Assembly (NCBI GenBank): GCA_965217895.1
Contig: CBDCJV010000002.1
Coordinates: forward strand, 2,816,001-2,880,000
Direction of reading: 5' to 3'
Origin: Waterburya sp.
GTDB lineage: Bacteria; Cyanobacteriota; Cyanobacteriia; Cyanobacteriales; Xenococcaceae
Length of the DNA: 64,000 nucleotides
The notes under the pieces are model-generated. The model did no database searches. It was given only the letters and a program-made list of their open reading frames with translations, and had not been told where the DNA came from. This document shows, piece after piece, positions 9,901-21,554 of this stretch. The position numbers and the translations under genes are program-made. Each line of letters opens with the position of its first letter. Positions within the stretch are counted from its first letter, which is position 1.

Positions 9901-11517
9901 CTAACTTGTTACTGATAGTTGCTCATTACTAAGCGAAAGTTGTTCAACTTCGGTGGTAATCTTCTGGATTTCTGCTTTGATAGTCTCTGCTTCAGTAGTA
10001 ATTGATTTACTGGTGGCTATTTTTTTAGCAATCTCTTCCTGTTTGGGTCGAATAACATCAGCAAACTGCTGTAAGCACTTATTTAACTCTGCTGCCAAGG
10101 TATCTTTTAAAGTGTTAGTGTAATTTTCTTGGAGATTACGATAGGTCTGCTCTAGTTCCGCTTTGACCTGTTTGCGCTTGCGAGGTAGAGCATTAAAGCT
10201 CATCAAGGCAAATAAACCAGCAATAAAAAATGCCGTCGCATCAGCAGAAGCTGCACTAAATAGAAGCTGCCCGCCAAACCCTGTCGCAGCAGCGGTGATG
10301 CCCAGTCGCCAAAAGCTGTCTAATCCTTCTTCGGCTGCTTCTTTAATTCTAGCTGCAAATTCATTAACCTCTAGGTGATTGGTATTAATGGACGGTAATG
10401 CTAAATCATTCTCAGATACGGTGATAGCGGTGGATAAATCTTCTCTAGCTTCTCTAACAATGCGATCGCGATATTTAAGAAAAGTAGAAGTGGCTTCTTT
10501 AAATATCTCTTGGAGATTTTTATCTAGCTGCACATCTTTGATTATTTTAGCCAGCCTTTCTTCAACAAAATCTTCTTCTTTGGTAATTCTTCTTTTGAGG
10601 ACAGTTAAAAAGCCAGTATTACTATCAATTAATTTATTTGTCTCTTGAATTAAGTTGGTAAATAAATCGTCGATGTTATCGCCAAAGATACCAAATAAAA
10701 GATTATACTCCTCAAGCCGTTCTTCGATGCGTCGAGAAGTGCGATCAAAAATAACTTTTTCCGCCTCTAATTTAGACTGTACAGACTGATTTTGCTTCTC
10801 CAGTTGATTTAAATAAACCAGCAAAGAATTTTGTGGTCCCTGTAGCTTTAATTTAACTTTTTCTCCATCTGCCAAAAATGCTAGTAAAAAGCTTTTTAAC
10901 TCGTCAATTCCTGCCCCTGTTTGCGCCGAAATAGCAAATACGGGGGGCATTTCGGCTAAAATTTTGCCCAAACCTTCGCTGACATATTCACGGATTTGTC
11001 TGGCTTCATCATCATTAACTAGATCTGTTTTGTTCATGGTAACGATAATTTTACGCGCCCAAGTTTGATCGACTAAAGTAAGAAAGTCCTGTTCCGATTT
11101 ACTTAAAGGGCGTTCAACTGAGGTAACAAACAAGATAATATCTGCCTGCTGTAGATAATTTTCGGTTAATTCTTGGTGTTGTTCAATAATAGAGTTGGTA
11201 CCAGGGCTATCAATAAATGCCAAGCCACCAAAGCCTTCGGGGTTGTAAGATTCAATTTCTTGGGTAGTAGGCAGAAAACCAACCCTAGCAATTTCCTGAT
11301 TATTAAGCTGATTGAGCAAGCTAGATTTACCTGCGTTAAACTCACCGCAAATAAAGATAGAGAAGGGATTGACTAGCTGTTTTTTGAGGACTTCGGTGTC
11401 GGGATGAAACTCAGGAAAAAGCACTTTTGCCTCCACAAAAAGACCTTCAACTTTTTGAATGGTTTCTAGGCTGCGATCGAAAAGTTGCTGTTGTTCTCCT
11501 GAAAGAGTTAGAGGCAT
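9901..11517 (-). CDS. Dynamin-like GTPase
   Basis: G1 GEFNAGKS, G2 PTT, G3 DSPG, G4 NKTD, coiled coils, hydrophobic paddle. Confidence 0.8.
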   Translation of the reverse strand: MPLTLSGEQQQLFDRSLETIQKVEGLFVEAKVLFPEFHPDTEVLKKQLVNPFSIFICGEFNAGKSSLLNQLNNQEIARVGFLPTTQEIESYNPEGFGGLAFIDSPGTNSIIEQHQELTENYLQQADIILFVTSVERPLSKSEQDFLTLVDQTWARKIIVTMNKTDLVNDDEARQIREYVSEGLGKILAEMPPVFAISAQTGAGIDELKSFLLAFLADGEKVKLKLQGPQNSLLVYLNQLEKQNQSVQSKLEAEKVIFDRTSRRIEERLEEYNLLFGIFGDNIDDLFTNLIQETNKLIDSNTGFLTVLKRRITKEEDFVEERLAKIIKDVQLDKNLQEIFKEATSTFLKYRDRIVREAREDLSTAITVSENDLALPSINTNHLEVNEFAARIKEAAEEGLDSFWRLGITAAATGFGGQLLFSAASADATAFFIAGLFALMSFNALPRKRKQVKAELEQTYRNLQENYTNTLKDTLAAELNKCLQQFADVIRPKQEEIAKKIATSKSITTEAETIKAEIQKITTEVEQLSLSNEQLSVTS

Positions 11518-11692
11518 TATATTCTCTTCCTTGATCTTAGATTAGGTACATTCTTCATATTAATAGCAGTTTTTGAGCTAATCGACCTCAGACTTTAAGA
11601 TTAACTAAGATTATTTAGATTAAGAAAAAATTAAAATACGTTTTGCACTTTGTCCTGACATCAGCCTAATCTCTTAAAATAAGAAGACAAAT

Positions 11693-11708
11693 ATCAATAA
11701 ATTTTGAT
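11693..11708. promoter_or_regulatory. ArsR operator overlapping the arsR start
   Basis: ATCAA-TAAATT-TTGAT, same ATCAA-N6-TTGAT palindrome as upstream of acr3. Confidence 0.7.
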
Positions 11709-12027
11709 GCAACAAGTTATTAACCAACAATCTAACCAAATCTGGGCTAGTTTTCGCGCACTTTCCGATCCTCTAAGAATCCAAATCATTGAATTACTGC
11801 GTTCTCAAGAACTCTGCGTGTGCGAATTATGCGAAAAACTGGAGGTGAGCCAGTCTAAATTATCTTTTCATCTCAAGAACCTTAAAGAAGCTAACCTCGT
11901 CCATTCTCGTCAACAAGGGCGTTGGATCTACTATCGCCCCAACTTAGCTCAATTTGTGGCTTTAGAACAATACTTAGCTGAATACAGGCGTTTTGGTGAC
12001 ATCTTACCAGCTAGAGGCTGCGAATAG
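11707..12027 (+). CDS. arsR: ArsR/SmtB repressor
   Basis: ALSDPLR, ELCVCEL, SQSKLSFHL. Confidence 0.92.
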   Translation: MQQVINQQSNQIWASFRALSDPLRIQIIELLRSQELCVCELCEKLEVSQSKLSFHLKNLKEANLVHSRQQGRWIYYRPNLAQFVALEQYLAEYRRFGDILPARGCE

Positions 12028-12065
12028 ACTATCTAATTCTCAAGAATCTTTCTTTAATCTAACAA

Positions 12066-12099
12066 ATCAAGATTATTTGATATATCAAGATTATTTGAT
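12066..12099. promoter_or_regulatory. Tandem ArsR operator
   Basis: Two exact copies of ATCAAGATTATTTGAT (12066-12081, 12084-12099), like the Synechocystis arsBHC operator. Confidence 0.85.
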
Positions 12100-12142
12100 G
12101 TAAGATAAAACTACTCCTTCAATTTTTAGTGGAGTAGAAAAG

Positions 12143-13297
<1,155 letters not shown>

Positions 13298-13324
13298 TTT
13301 TGATTTAATACAGATTTCATAATA

Positions 13325-13948
13325 ATGACCAGTTTCAATCATCCACCAAGGATCTTATTTTTATACGGCTCATTAAGAGAGCGTTCCTATAGTCGTCTCG
13401 TAGCAGAAGAAGCAGCCCGAATCATTACTGACATGGGGGCAGAAGTTAAATTCTTTCATCCCCATGAATTACCCCTACGAGGACAGGTAGAAGAAACCCA
13501 TCCCCAAGTGCAGGAATTAAGAGAGTTAAGCCAATGGTCTGAAGGTCAGGTGTGGTCTTCTCCTGAAATGCACGGCAATGTTACGGGTATTCTTAAAAAC
13601 CAAATTGACTGGATACCTCTGAGTATTGGTGCAGTGCGTCCAACTCAAGGTAGAACTTTAGCGGTGATGCAGGTTAGTGGTGGTTCGCAGTCTTTTAATG
13701 CGGTTAATACTATGCGGATTTTGGGGCGGTGGATGAGGATGTTCACTATTCCCAATCAATCCTCAGTAGCCAAAGCCTATCAAGAGTTTCATGAAGACGG
13801 GACAATGAAAGATTCGCCTTATAGAGACAGGGTAGTGGACGTAATGGAGGAACTATATAAATTTACCCTGCTGTTGCGGGAACAGGTCGATTATTTGACC
13901 GACCGTTACAGTGAGAGAAAAGAAAAAGAAACAGCTAACAGTAAGTAG
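13325..13948 (+). CDS. arsH: Arsenical resistance flavoprotein
   Basis: [26 protein letters not shown]. Confidence 0.95.
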   Translation: MTSFNHPPRILFLYGSLRERSYSRLVAEEAARIITDMGAEVKFFHPHELPLRGQVEETHPQVQELRELSQWSEGQVWSSPEMHGNVTGILKNQIDWIPLSIGAVRPTQGRTLAVMQVSGGSQSFNAVNTMRILGRWMRMFTIPNQSSVAKAYQEFHEDGTMKDSPYRDRVVDVMEELYKFTLLLREQVDYLTDRYSERKEKETANSK

Positions 13949-13962
13949 ACAAATATAAAGGA

Positions 13963-14400
13963 GTGTCGCATTCAAAATCGATGAAAATTTTATTTATGTG
14001 CGTTGCCAATTCTGCCCGTTCTCAGATTGCTGAAGCACTGGCAAAAGATATTTTAGGAGAACAGGTTACGGTGATGAGTGCGGGGATACATCCCGCAGTT
14101 ACCGTTCATCCAGGGGCAGTAGCCGTAATGGAGGAGATTGGTATCGATATCTCTTCTGCTAAACCCAAGCTGCATGGAGATTTACCACCGAGCTTTTTAG
14201 CTAATCTCGATTACGTGATTACCGTCTGCGAACAAGAACTTTGTCCCGAACTGACCACCAGAAAAGAACGTCTGCGCTGGTCTTTCCCTGACCCCGTATT
14301 GCTTCAAGGAGAAAAACAAGCAGAGGCTTTTCGCTCTGTCCGCGATGAACTAAAGCAAAAAATTCTTGCTTTTGGTCGTCAACAGCAACTTTTAGTTTAA
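13963..14400 (+). CDS. arsC: Arsenate reductase, LMW-PTPase fold (thioredoxin-type Cys pattern)
   Basis: CVANSARSQ and TVCEQELCP. Confidence 0.85.
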   Translation: MSHSKSMKILFMCVANSARSQIAEALAKDILGEQVTVMSAGIHPAVTVHPGAVAVMEEIGIDISSAKPKLHGDLPPSFLANLDYVITVCEQELCPELTTRKERLRWSFPDPVLLQGEKQAEAFRSVRDELKQKILAFGRQQQLLV

Positions 14401-14428
14401 TCACCATATATTATCTGGAGTAAGAACC

Positions 14429-14824
14429 ATGAAAAAAGTTATGTTTGTCTGTCGTCGTAATTCTTGCCGTTCCCAAATGGCGGAAGGTTTTGCCAAAACA
14501 CTAGGGAAAGACAAAATTGAAGTCACATCTTCTGGGCTAGAAGCTAGTCGAGTAAACCCTACAGCCAAAGAGGTCATGTCAGAAATTGGCATTGATATTA
14601 GTAATCAAACCTCAGACCCCTTGAGTAACTTTAAGGCCGAGGACTACGATGCGGTAATTTCTATGTGTGGCTGTGGTGCGGGTCTACCCCCTGAATGGGT
14701 AACTCAAGAAGTGTTTGAAGACTGGGAGTTAAACGATCCTGACGGACAACCAATAGAGACGTTTCACCGCGTTCGAGATGAAATTAAAGAACGAGTAGCT
14801 AAACTAATCGACCAACTTAGTTAG
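14429..14824 (+). CDS. arsC: Arsenate reductase, Synechocystis-type glutaredoxin hybrid
   Basis: CRRNSCRSQ and CGCG. Confidence 0.9.
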   Translation: MKKVMFVCRRNSCRSQMAEGFAKTLGKDKIEVTSSGLEASRVNPTAKEVMSEIGIDISNQTSDPLSNFKAEDYDAVISMCGCGAGLPPEWVTQEVFEDWELNDPDGQPIETFHRVRDEIKERVAKLIDQLS

Positions 14825-14976
14825 TGTATTGAGATAATATGCGATTCTGAAAGTAGTTTCCAAAAGGAGAATTACCAGAAAAAGCGATCGCTCTTGTTTG
14901 AGAAGCACGACCAACAGCTAAAAACAAATAAACTTAAATGAAATAATATACATCAGACGTAAAATATCATTTGGCT

Positions 14977-17010
14977 ATGAGTTCTCGTTGGCAATTCTGG
15001 ATTGATCGCGGTGGTACATTTACCGATATTGTGGCGCAAACTCCCGCAGGAGAAATTGTAGTTCATAAGTTGTTATCAGAAAATCCCGAACAATATGAGG
15101 ATGCGCCAATTCAGGGAATTAGAGACATAATGGGCATTGCTCACAATCAGCCCATTCCTACAGCCGAGATAGAAGCGATCAAGATGGGAACAACAGTGGC
15201 AACTAATGCCCTGCTAGAAAGAAAAGGCGATCGCACTGTTTTAGCCATCACCAAAGGGTTTAAAGATGCTCTGCGTATTGGCTATCAAAACCGCCCCGAT
15301 ATTTTTGCCTTAGAAATTATTCTGCCTGAAATGCTTTACGAACAGGTAGTAGAAATTAACGAACGTTATGATGCCCAGGGCAATGAATTAATTCGGGTAG
15401 ATACATTTGCAGCAAAACAAGATCTACAGGCTGCTTATAATACTGGAATACGCAGTTGCGCCATTGTTCTGATGCACAGCTATCGCTATCCCCACCATGA
15501 GTTAGAAGTCGCCGATATTGCCCGTGCAATTGGCTTCACCCAGATATCTATTTCCCATCAGGTTAGCCCGTTAATTAAATTCATCTCGCGGGGAGACACT
15601 ACCGTCGTCGATGCCTATCTTTCTCCTATTCTGCGTCGTTATGTCAACGAGTTTACTAAAAACTTAAAACTAACAACTAAAAACTCATGCAAACTTATGT
15701 TTATGCAGTCCAATGGCGGACTAGTCGATGCAGACTTATTTCAAGGCAAAGATAGCATTCTTTCTGGCCCTGCGGGGGGCATTGTGGGGGCAGTTAAAAC
15801 CTGTGCTTTAGCTGGCTACGACAAGATAATTGGCTTTGATATGGGGGGAACGTCTACCGATGTCAGTCACTATGCAGGAGAGTATGAACGCAGCTTAGAA
15901 ACAGAAGTGGCTGGGGTCAGATTGCGATCGCCGATGATGTCCATCCATACTGTAGCAGCGGGAGGCGGTTCAATTCTCTACTTTGATGGTAGTCGCTATC
16001 GGGTAGGCCCTGAATCAGCAGGGGCAAATCCTGGTGCTGCTGCCTATGGCAAAGGTGGCGATTTAACCGTGACTGACTGCAACGTGATGGTAGGAAAACT
16101 CCAGCCAGAGTTTTTCCCTAAAGTATTTGGCATCAATGGTGATGCACCTTTAAATCGAGAAATTGTTAAAGAAAAATTCCAGACTCTAGCTAACCAAATT
16201 CAAGACGGTAAAACACCTGAACAAATTGCCTCTGGCTTCTTGGCGATCGCTGTTGCCAATATGGCAAATGCGATTAAAAAAATATCTTTGCAAAAGGGTT
16301 ACGATGTTTCCACCTACACTCTTTGTTGCTTTGGTGGTGCGGGAGGACAGCACGCCTGTCTAATTGCCGATGTATTGGGCATCAAGCGAATTTTTATTCA
16401 TCCCTATGCGGGAGTCTTATCGGCCTACGGTATTGGGCTAGCAGATATTAGAATTATGAAGGAAAAATCTATTGAAGCAGAATTAAAACCAGAGTTACTA
16501 GCAACTTTAGAACAGGCTTTTCAAACATTAACTACTCAAGCCGAAACCGAATTAGCACAACAGGTTGAAACTCCAGAAACCCAAATTTTATTGAAAGTAC
16601 ATCTTAAATACAGTGGCGTAGACTCTAGCCTAATTGTCGATTTTGCCGATATTCCAGCAATGCGATCGCAGTTTGAACAACAATACACTCAACGCTATGG
16701 CTTTGTAGTTGCTAACAAAGATCTGGTGGTAGAAACCATTTCTATCGAATTAATTTGTCCTACATATAGTCCCAAATCAAATTTAATTCAACGGCAAAAC
16801 AACAATCCACCCCAAGCAGTTACATCTGTCTCTATATACACTGCTGATGTTTGGCATGATGCCCGTATATATCAACGAGAAAGTTTACAGCCAGGAGATA
16901 TAATAGACTCCTCAGCTATTATTATTGAACCTACAGGCACAAATATCATTGAGCCAGGTTGGCACGGAAAAATTAGCGATCGCCTTAATTTAATTCTCGA
17001 AAAAATTTAG
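14977..17010 (+). CDS. 5-oxoprolinase/hydantoinase A-type subunit
   Basis: DRGGTFTD, GTTVATNALL, DMGGTSTD; ends before any HyuB domain. Confidence 0.88.
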   Translation: MSSRWQFWIDRGGTFTDIVAQTPAGEIVVHKLLSENPEQYEDAPIQGIRDIMGIAHNQPIPTAEIEAIKMGTTVATNALLERKGDRTVLAITKGFKDALRIGYQNRPDIFALEIILPEMLYEQVVEINERYDAQGNELIRVDTFAAKQDLQAAYNTGIRSCAIVLMHSYRYPHHELEVADIARAIGFTQISISHQVSPLIKFISRGDTTVVDAYLSPILRRYVNEFTKNLKLTTKNSCKLMFMQSNGGLVDADLFQGKDSILSGPAGGIVGAVKTCALAGYDKIIGFDMGGTSTDVSHYAGEYERSLETEVAGVRLRSPMMSIHTVAAGGGSILYFDGSRYRVGPESAGANPGAAAYGKGGDLTVTDCNVMVGKLQPEFFPKVFGINGDAPLNREIVKEKFQTLANQIQDGKTPEQIASGFLAIAVANMANAIKKISLQKGYDVSTYTLCCFGGAGGQHACLIADVLGIKRIFIHPYAGVLSAYGIGLADIRIMKEKSIEAELKPELLATLEQAFQTLTTQAETELAQQVETPETQILLKVHLKYSGVDSSLIVDFADIPAMRSQFEQQYTQRYGFVVANKDLVVETISIELICPTYSPKSNLIQRQNNNPPQAVTSVSIYTADVWHDARIYQRESLQPGDIIDSSAIIIEPTGTNIIEPGWHGKISDRLNLILEKI

Positions 17011-17201
17011 CAAAATTCACGCATAATTTTACAATCACATCTTGAGCTTATCTGCCTTAAACTCTGCTAGGGAAAGTAATGAAGCCTATTCTGCTGCAAT
17101 CTAATTAAAACTGTTCAATTAAGAAATTATCGTAACTTCGCGATCGCTTAAATAGCGTATACTCAACAACGCTTACTTAATTATTTTTAATTAATTTAAC
17201 G

Positions 17202-18275
17202 ATGGTTCGCCAAATAACCAGGAAAAAAGGTGGCTTTTTAGCTTTGATTGCAGCTTTACTAATTTTAGGAGCTTGTGCTAATCAAGATATACAAGCAAAT
17301 GCTGCTAACAATAATCTATCTCAAACGAATTCAAATCATCTAGATCTAGTTAAAGAAAGAGGCAAATTAATCTGCGGAGTTAGCGGTGAACTACCAGGAT
17401 TTAGCTTTGTCGATGCCAACGGTAACTATGCAGGCATGGATGTCGATCTCTGTCGGGCGATCGCCGCAGCCATATTTGATGACCCTAAAAAAGTTGTTTT
17501 TCGTGACCTAAGTGCAGCAGAAAGGTTTGATGTGCTTAAGTCTGGAGAGATTGATTTACTCAGTCGCAACACAACTCAAACCCTAAGCCGTGATACCGAG
17601 GCGAACTTTGATTTTACGCCTGTCGTCTTTTATGACAATCAGGGAATATTAGTCAGTCAAGACAGTAAGATTAAGAGCGTTGCTAATTTAAACAATAAAT
17701 CAATCTGCGTTGCCGATCAAACTACTAGCTACGACAATTTGCGAGATTATATGGCTCAGAAAAAGATTAAATATCAGGCTGTAGCATCATCAGATATAGA
17801 TTCTTTATATAACTCTTATGAACACAATCGTTGCCAGGCTATAACAGGAGATATTTCTCAATTGATTGCCCGCAAATCGGTGTTGGCAAACCCCAAAGAA
17901 CACCATATTTTACCGCAAAAAATATCTCAAGAACCTTTAGCACCAGTTTTGTTAAATCAAGATTCCCAATGGTTTGATGTAGTTAAATGGATAACTTTTG
18001 CCTTGGTTGAGGCTGAAGAGTTGGGCATTGATTCAGAAAATCTCAGCACCTATAAAAATAGCAAAGATTCAGAAATTAGGCGTTTTCTAGGTCTAGAAGG
18101 CAATTTGGGGGCAGAGATGAGTTTATCTAATGACTTCACCGCCAAAATTATTAAGCACGTTGGCAACTATGGGGAGATATTTGAACGTAATGTTGGTCAG
18201 CCTTTTGGTCTATCTAGGGGATCAAATGCGCTGTGGAAAGACGGTGGCTTGATGTATTCTCCGCCATTCAACTAA
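17202..18275 (+). CDS. Amino-acid ABC substrate-binding lipoprotein (AapJ/BztA/NatF-like)
   Basis: RGKLICGVSGELPGFS, GNYGEIF, GGLMYSPPF. Confidence 0.9.
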   Translation: MVRQITRKKGGFLALIAALLILGACANQDIQANAANNNLSQTNSNHLDLVKERGKLICGVSGELPGFSFVDANGNYAGMDVDLCRAIAAAIFDDPKKVVFRDLSAAERFDVLKSGEIDLLSRNTTQTLSRDTEANFDFTPVVFYDNQGILVSQDSKIKSVANLNNKSICVADQTTSYDNLRDYMAQKKIKYQAVASSDIDSLYNSYEHNRCQAITGDISQLIARKSVLANPKEHHILPQKISQEPLAPVLLNQDSQWFDVVKWITFALVEAEELGIDSENLSTYKNSKDSEIRRFLGLEGNLGAEMSLSNDFTAKIIKHVGNYGEIFERNVGQPFGLSRGSNALWKDGGLMYSPPFN

Positions 18276-18336
18276 AAAATCCGCCTCAATTTACAGTCTA
18301 TATTAATACATTTTTTTAACTCAAGAATTGTAGATA

Positions 18337-19416
18337 TTGCAAATGTTCAACTGTTCAATTCAACCTAAAATCTGTTGCCTGCTCTTAATTTTGCTGCTTT
18401 TGACAACTGGTGGATGTAATATTAATCAAACTTTTTCAGAAGATAATAATAATCAAATAAAACAGCAACTAGGCGATCGCCTGAAGATTATCAAACAACG
18501 GGGTAAGCTGATTTGTGGCGTAAGCGATCAAATACCTGGATTTAATTTTAAAGAGAAAAACGGCGAATACACAGGAATTTCTGTAGATTTGTGTCGGGCT
18601 TTGGCGGTAGCTCTATTTGATGAGCCTTCTATAGTAGAATACCGTAATCTCAATGCCGAAGAACGCTTTACAGCAGTAGCGTCAGGACAGGTAGATTTGC
18701 TCAGTAGTAATACAACGTGGACTCTAAACCGCGATACCACTGATGGTTTAGAGTTTGCGCCGACAACTTTTTACGATGGACAGGGATTATTAGTTGGCAA
18801 GAATAGTAACATTGAAAAATTAGCAGACATCAATGGAAAATCAGTCTGTGTAGCTTCAGGAACTACATCTGAGCAAAATTTAGCCGAACAAATGCGTAAA
18901 CTTGGTTTAAATTACTCTCCCATCCTTTTTGAAGATACCGATAAATTATATAATGCCTACGAATCTAACCGTTGCGATGCGGCTACTAGCGATCGCTCTG
19001 AATTAGTTGCTCGTCGTGTTGGTTTTACCAACCCTAATGCCCACGAAGTTTTAGACTTGGTTCTATCAAAAGAACCATTAGGAGCGGCAATTGCTGATGG
19101 AGAACCTAAATGGTTTGATGTGGTTAAATGGACAACTTACGCGACGATAAAAGCCGAAGAGTTGGGCATAAATTCGCAAAATATTGACAGCTATGCCCAA
19201 ACTAATAATCCTGAGATTAGACGCTTTTTGGGAATAGAAGGAGGTTTGGGCGCAGATCTAGGACTAGCCAATGATTTTGCTAAAGAAATAATTCAGCAGG
19301 TAGGTAACTATGGAGAAATATACGATCGCAACATTGGCAAACCCTTTAGTTTAAAACGAGGAAAAAATGCGCTGTGGAAAAACGGTGGTTTGATCTATTC
19401 TCCTCCCTTTAGATAG
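18337..19416 (+). CDS. Amino-acid ABC substrate-binding lipoprotein, paralog
   Basis: Same motifs as upstream paralog. Confidence 0.9.
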   Translation: MQMFNCSIQPKICCLLLILLLLTTGGCNINQTFSEDNNNQIKQQLGDRLKIIKQRGKLICGVSDQIPGFNFKEKNGEYTGISVDLCRALAVALFDEPSIVEYRNLNAEERFTAVASGQVDLLSSNTTWTLNRDTTDGLEFAPTTFYDGQGLLVGKNSNIEKLADINGKSVCVASGTTSEQNLAEQMRKLGLNYSPILFEDTDKLYNAYESNRCDAATSDRSELVARRVGFTNPNAHEVLDLVLSKEPLGAAIADGEPKWFDVVKWTTYATIKAEELGINSQNIDSYAQTNNPEIRRFLGIEGGLGADLGLANDFAKEIIQQVGNYGEIYDRNIGKPFSLKRGKNALWKNGGLIYSPPFR

Positions 19417-19590
19417 AAGACGTTTTTGAATTTTTCCTCATCTCGTGCCTTTTATCCCTTACCTTTCATCTCTTAAAAAATGGTATTCTGGAATTTATAG
19501 TAAAAATACTTAACGCTTAATATCATTAGGATTAAAGCAGATTTTAAAATTATTTTAGTTTGGTTAAAAAGTTTTTTAGGCTGAAAAATT

Positions 19591-20145
19591 ATGTCACCAT
19601 CTCAGTTTAATCGGGACGAGGGATACGAAGAGGAAACTCTAATTATTGTGGATGAAGTTGGGCGATCGCTGCCATGCTACATTGAACAGTCTTTAGAAAT
19701 CGACGATATGACTTACCTGCTGTTGTTTCCCGTTGATATCCCTGTGGTGATTATGAGCATCAGCAGCGACAGCGATGAAGAATTAGAAGCAGCATTGCTG
19801 GATGATGATGAAGCGATCGCCGAAATTTTTGATAATGCTAAAGCCGTATTAGCAGAACAAAACCTGGCACTACATCATACCGCTTATACTCTAACGGCAA
19901 TAGGAGAACTTCCGCCCATCGAAGAAGAGCAGATTTTAACCCTCGAAGATGATGGTGACATGGAAGAAGAAGAATTACAGTCTTTGGCGTATTTCTATCA
20001 CGACGAACAAAAATACGGGATCTATACACCCTTAACTCCCCTCTTGTTTTTTGCTAGATACGACTTTGAAAACCATCTAGAATTAGTTTCTCCCGATCAG
20101 GAAAATTTAATGCCCATTCTCGAAGAATTGTTGTCAGAAGATTAA
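19591..20145 (+). CDS. DUF3727/DUF1292 acidic cyanobacterial protein
   Basis: GRSLPCYIE, DAKAVLAE-like motif; usual neighbour of mltG. Confidence 0.75.
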   Translation: MSPSQFNRDEGYEEETLIIVDEVGRSLPCYIEQSLEIDDMTYLLLFPVDIPVVIMSISSDSDEELEAALLDDDEAIAEIFDNAKAVLAEQNLALHHTAYTLTAIGELPPIEEEQILTLEDDGDMEEEELQSLAYFYHDEQKYGIYTPLTPLLFFARYDFENHLELVSPDQENLMPILEELLSED

Positions 20146-20226
20146 ATAACGAAAGTCCAGTATAGATTTTTGGTATAGATATGACAAAGATTGGGCAATT
20201 CTCAAAAAAGCAAGGTAAGATGAAGC

Positions 20227-20255
20227 GCGATTAGCTACGCTACCCTTGCGATCGC
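20227..20255. repeat. 21-nt small dispersed repeat inserted in a HIP1 site
   Basis: GCGAT-tagctacgctaccctt-GCGATCGC; GCGAT repeated at 21-nt spacing. Confidence 0.6.
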
Positions 20256-20314
20256 ACTCCTTGCTCACGGATTATTAATAACTTTACCGAACTATTTCAA
20301 TATATCTATCCAAA

Positions 20315-21409
20315 ATGATGACTCGTAATAGATCGAACAATAAAAAAGCTGTTAGAAAAAAGATAAGAGGTAATTTAGCTGCTAAACTAATCCCTGCAAG
20401 TGTTGGGGTTTTGTTACTCGTGGGCTGGGCTGGTTGGCATAGTTTAACCGCACCAGTAGAAACCCAAGGTGAACAACTCAACCAAGAAAAACAGGTTAAG
20501 TTTACAGTTAAGCCTGGCTCTTCTGGCAATCAAATTGGTGGTGAATTGGCACGCTCTGGTTTGATTAAATCTAATAATGGCTGGAAGCTTTGGACAAAGC
20601 TAAAGCAGCTCACAGATTCATCTGGTGATTTTAAAGCGGGTACATATTTAGTATCCCCTGAAGAATCTTTACCAGATATCGCCAGCAAAATTTGGAATGG
20701 AGACATTATGCAGACTACCTTTACTATTCCTGAAGGTTGGTCTACAAAGCAAATGGCGAAATATTTTGAGTCTTTGGGCTACTTTTCTGCCGAGGAATTT
20801 GCTAGCGCAGTTAAGAAAATTCCCTATGATAAATATCCCTGGCTGCCACCAAACTTGCCTATCTTAGAAGGATTTTTATATCCTGATACCTATAAAATTT
20901 CTAGCGATCGCCTTAACAATCCCCAAGCAATAATTAACACAATGCTAGACCGCTTTGAGAAATATGCCCTGCCCGTTTACGAGGCTGCCAAACCCAAAAT
21001 GAGCCTTTTAGACTGGGTAACTCTAGCTAGTATCGTCGAAAAAGAAGCAGTAATTGGTAAAGAGCGTCCTGTAATTGCAGGCGTATTTACCGCCAGACTT
21101 AAACAAGGAATGAAGTTAGAGTCCGATCCCACCGTAGAATATGGTTTAAATATTAGACAAACAGCAGATCGACCTTTGACCTATTCTCAAGTAGGAACAC
21201 CATCTCCCTACAATACCTACATGAACACTGGCTTAACCCCTACTCCTATTGCCTCCCCTGGCATAGCCAGCCTAAAAGCGACCTTGAACCCTGAAAAAAG
21301 CGATTATTTGTATTTCGTGGCTCGTTATGATGGTACTCATGTCTTTAGTAAAACTTTGAGTGAACATGAAGCAGCTACCCAAGAAATTCGTCGCCAAAGA
21401 AACGAGTAG
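20315..21409 (+). CDS. mltG: Endolytic transglycosylase MltG
   Basis: TIPEG, LEGFLYPDTY, LASIVEKE, SPYNTY. Confidence 0.95.
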   Translation: MMTRNRSNNKKAVRKKIRGNLAAKLIPASVGVLLLVGWAGWHSLTAPVETQGEQLNQEKQVKFTVKPGSSGNQIGGELARSGLIKSNNGWKLWTKLKQLTDSSGDFKAGTYLVSPEESLPDIASKIWNGDIMQTTFTIPEGWSTKQMAKYFESLGYFSAEEFASAVKKIPYDKYPWLPPNLPILEGFLYPDTYKISSDRLNNPQAIINTMLDRFEKYALPVYEAAKPKMSLLDWVTLASIVEKEAVIGKERPVIAGVFTARLKQGMKLESDPTVEYGLNIRQTADRPLTYSQVGTPSPYNTYMNTGLTPTPIASPGIASLKATLNPEKSDYLYFVARYDGTHVFSKTLSEHEAATQEIRRQRNE

Positions 21410-21554
21410 GCAATAAGCAATTATTACAGTCCTGTGAAAAATTCAGAAAAGATCTATATTTGTATGGGTATAACCAATTAAACCTATTTGTTACTCTTAA
21501 AAGGATAAATGCGTATTTCCTCATCTCTTATCCCTCATCATTTATCCTTTTAAA

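Noticed and set aside
17109..18360. Shared 12-mer AACTGTTCAATT near both binding-protein genes
   Set aside because: AT-rich, and the second copy lies in probable coding sequence; no support for a regulatory role.
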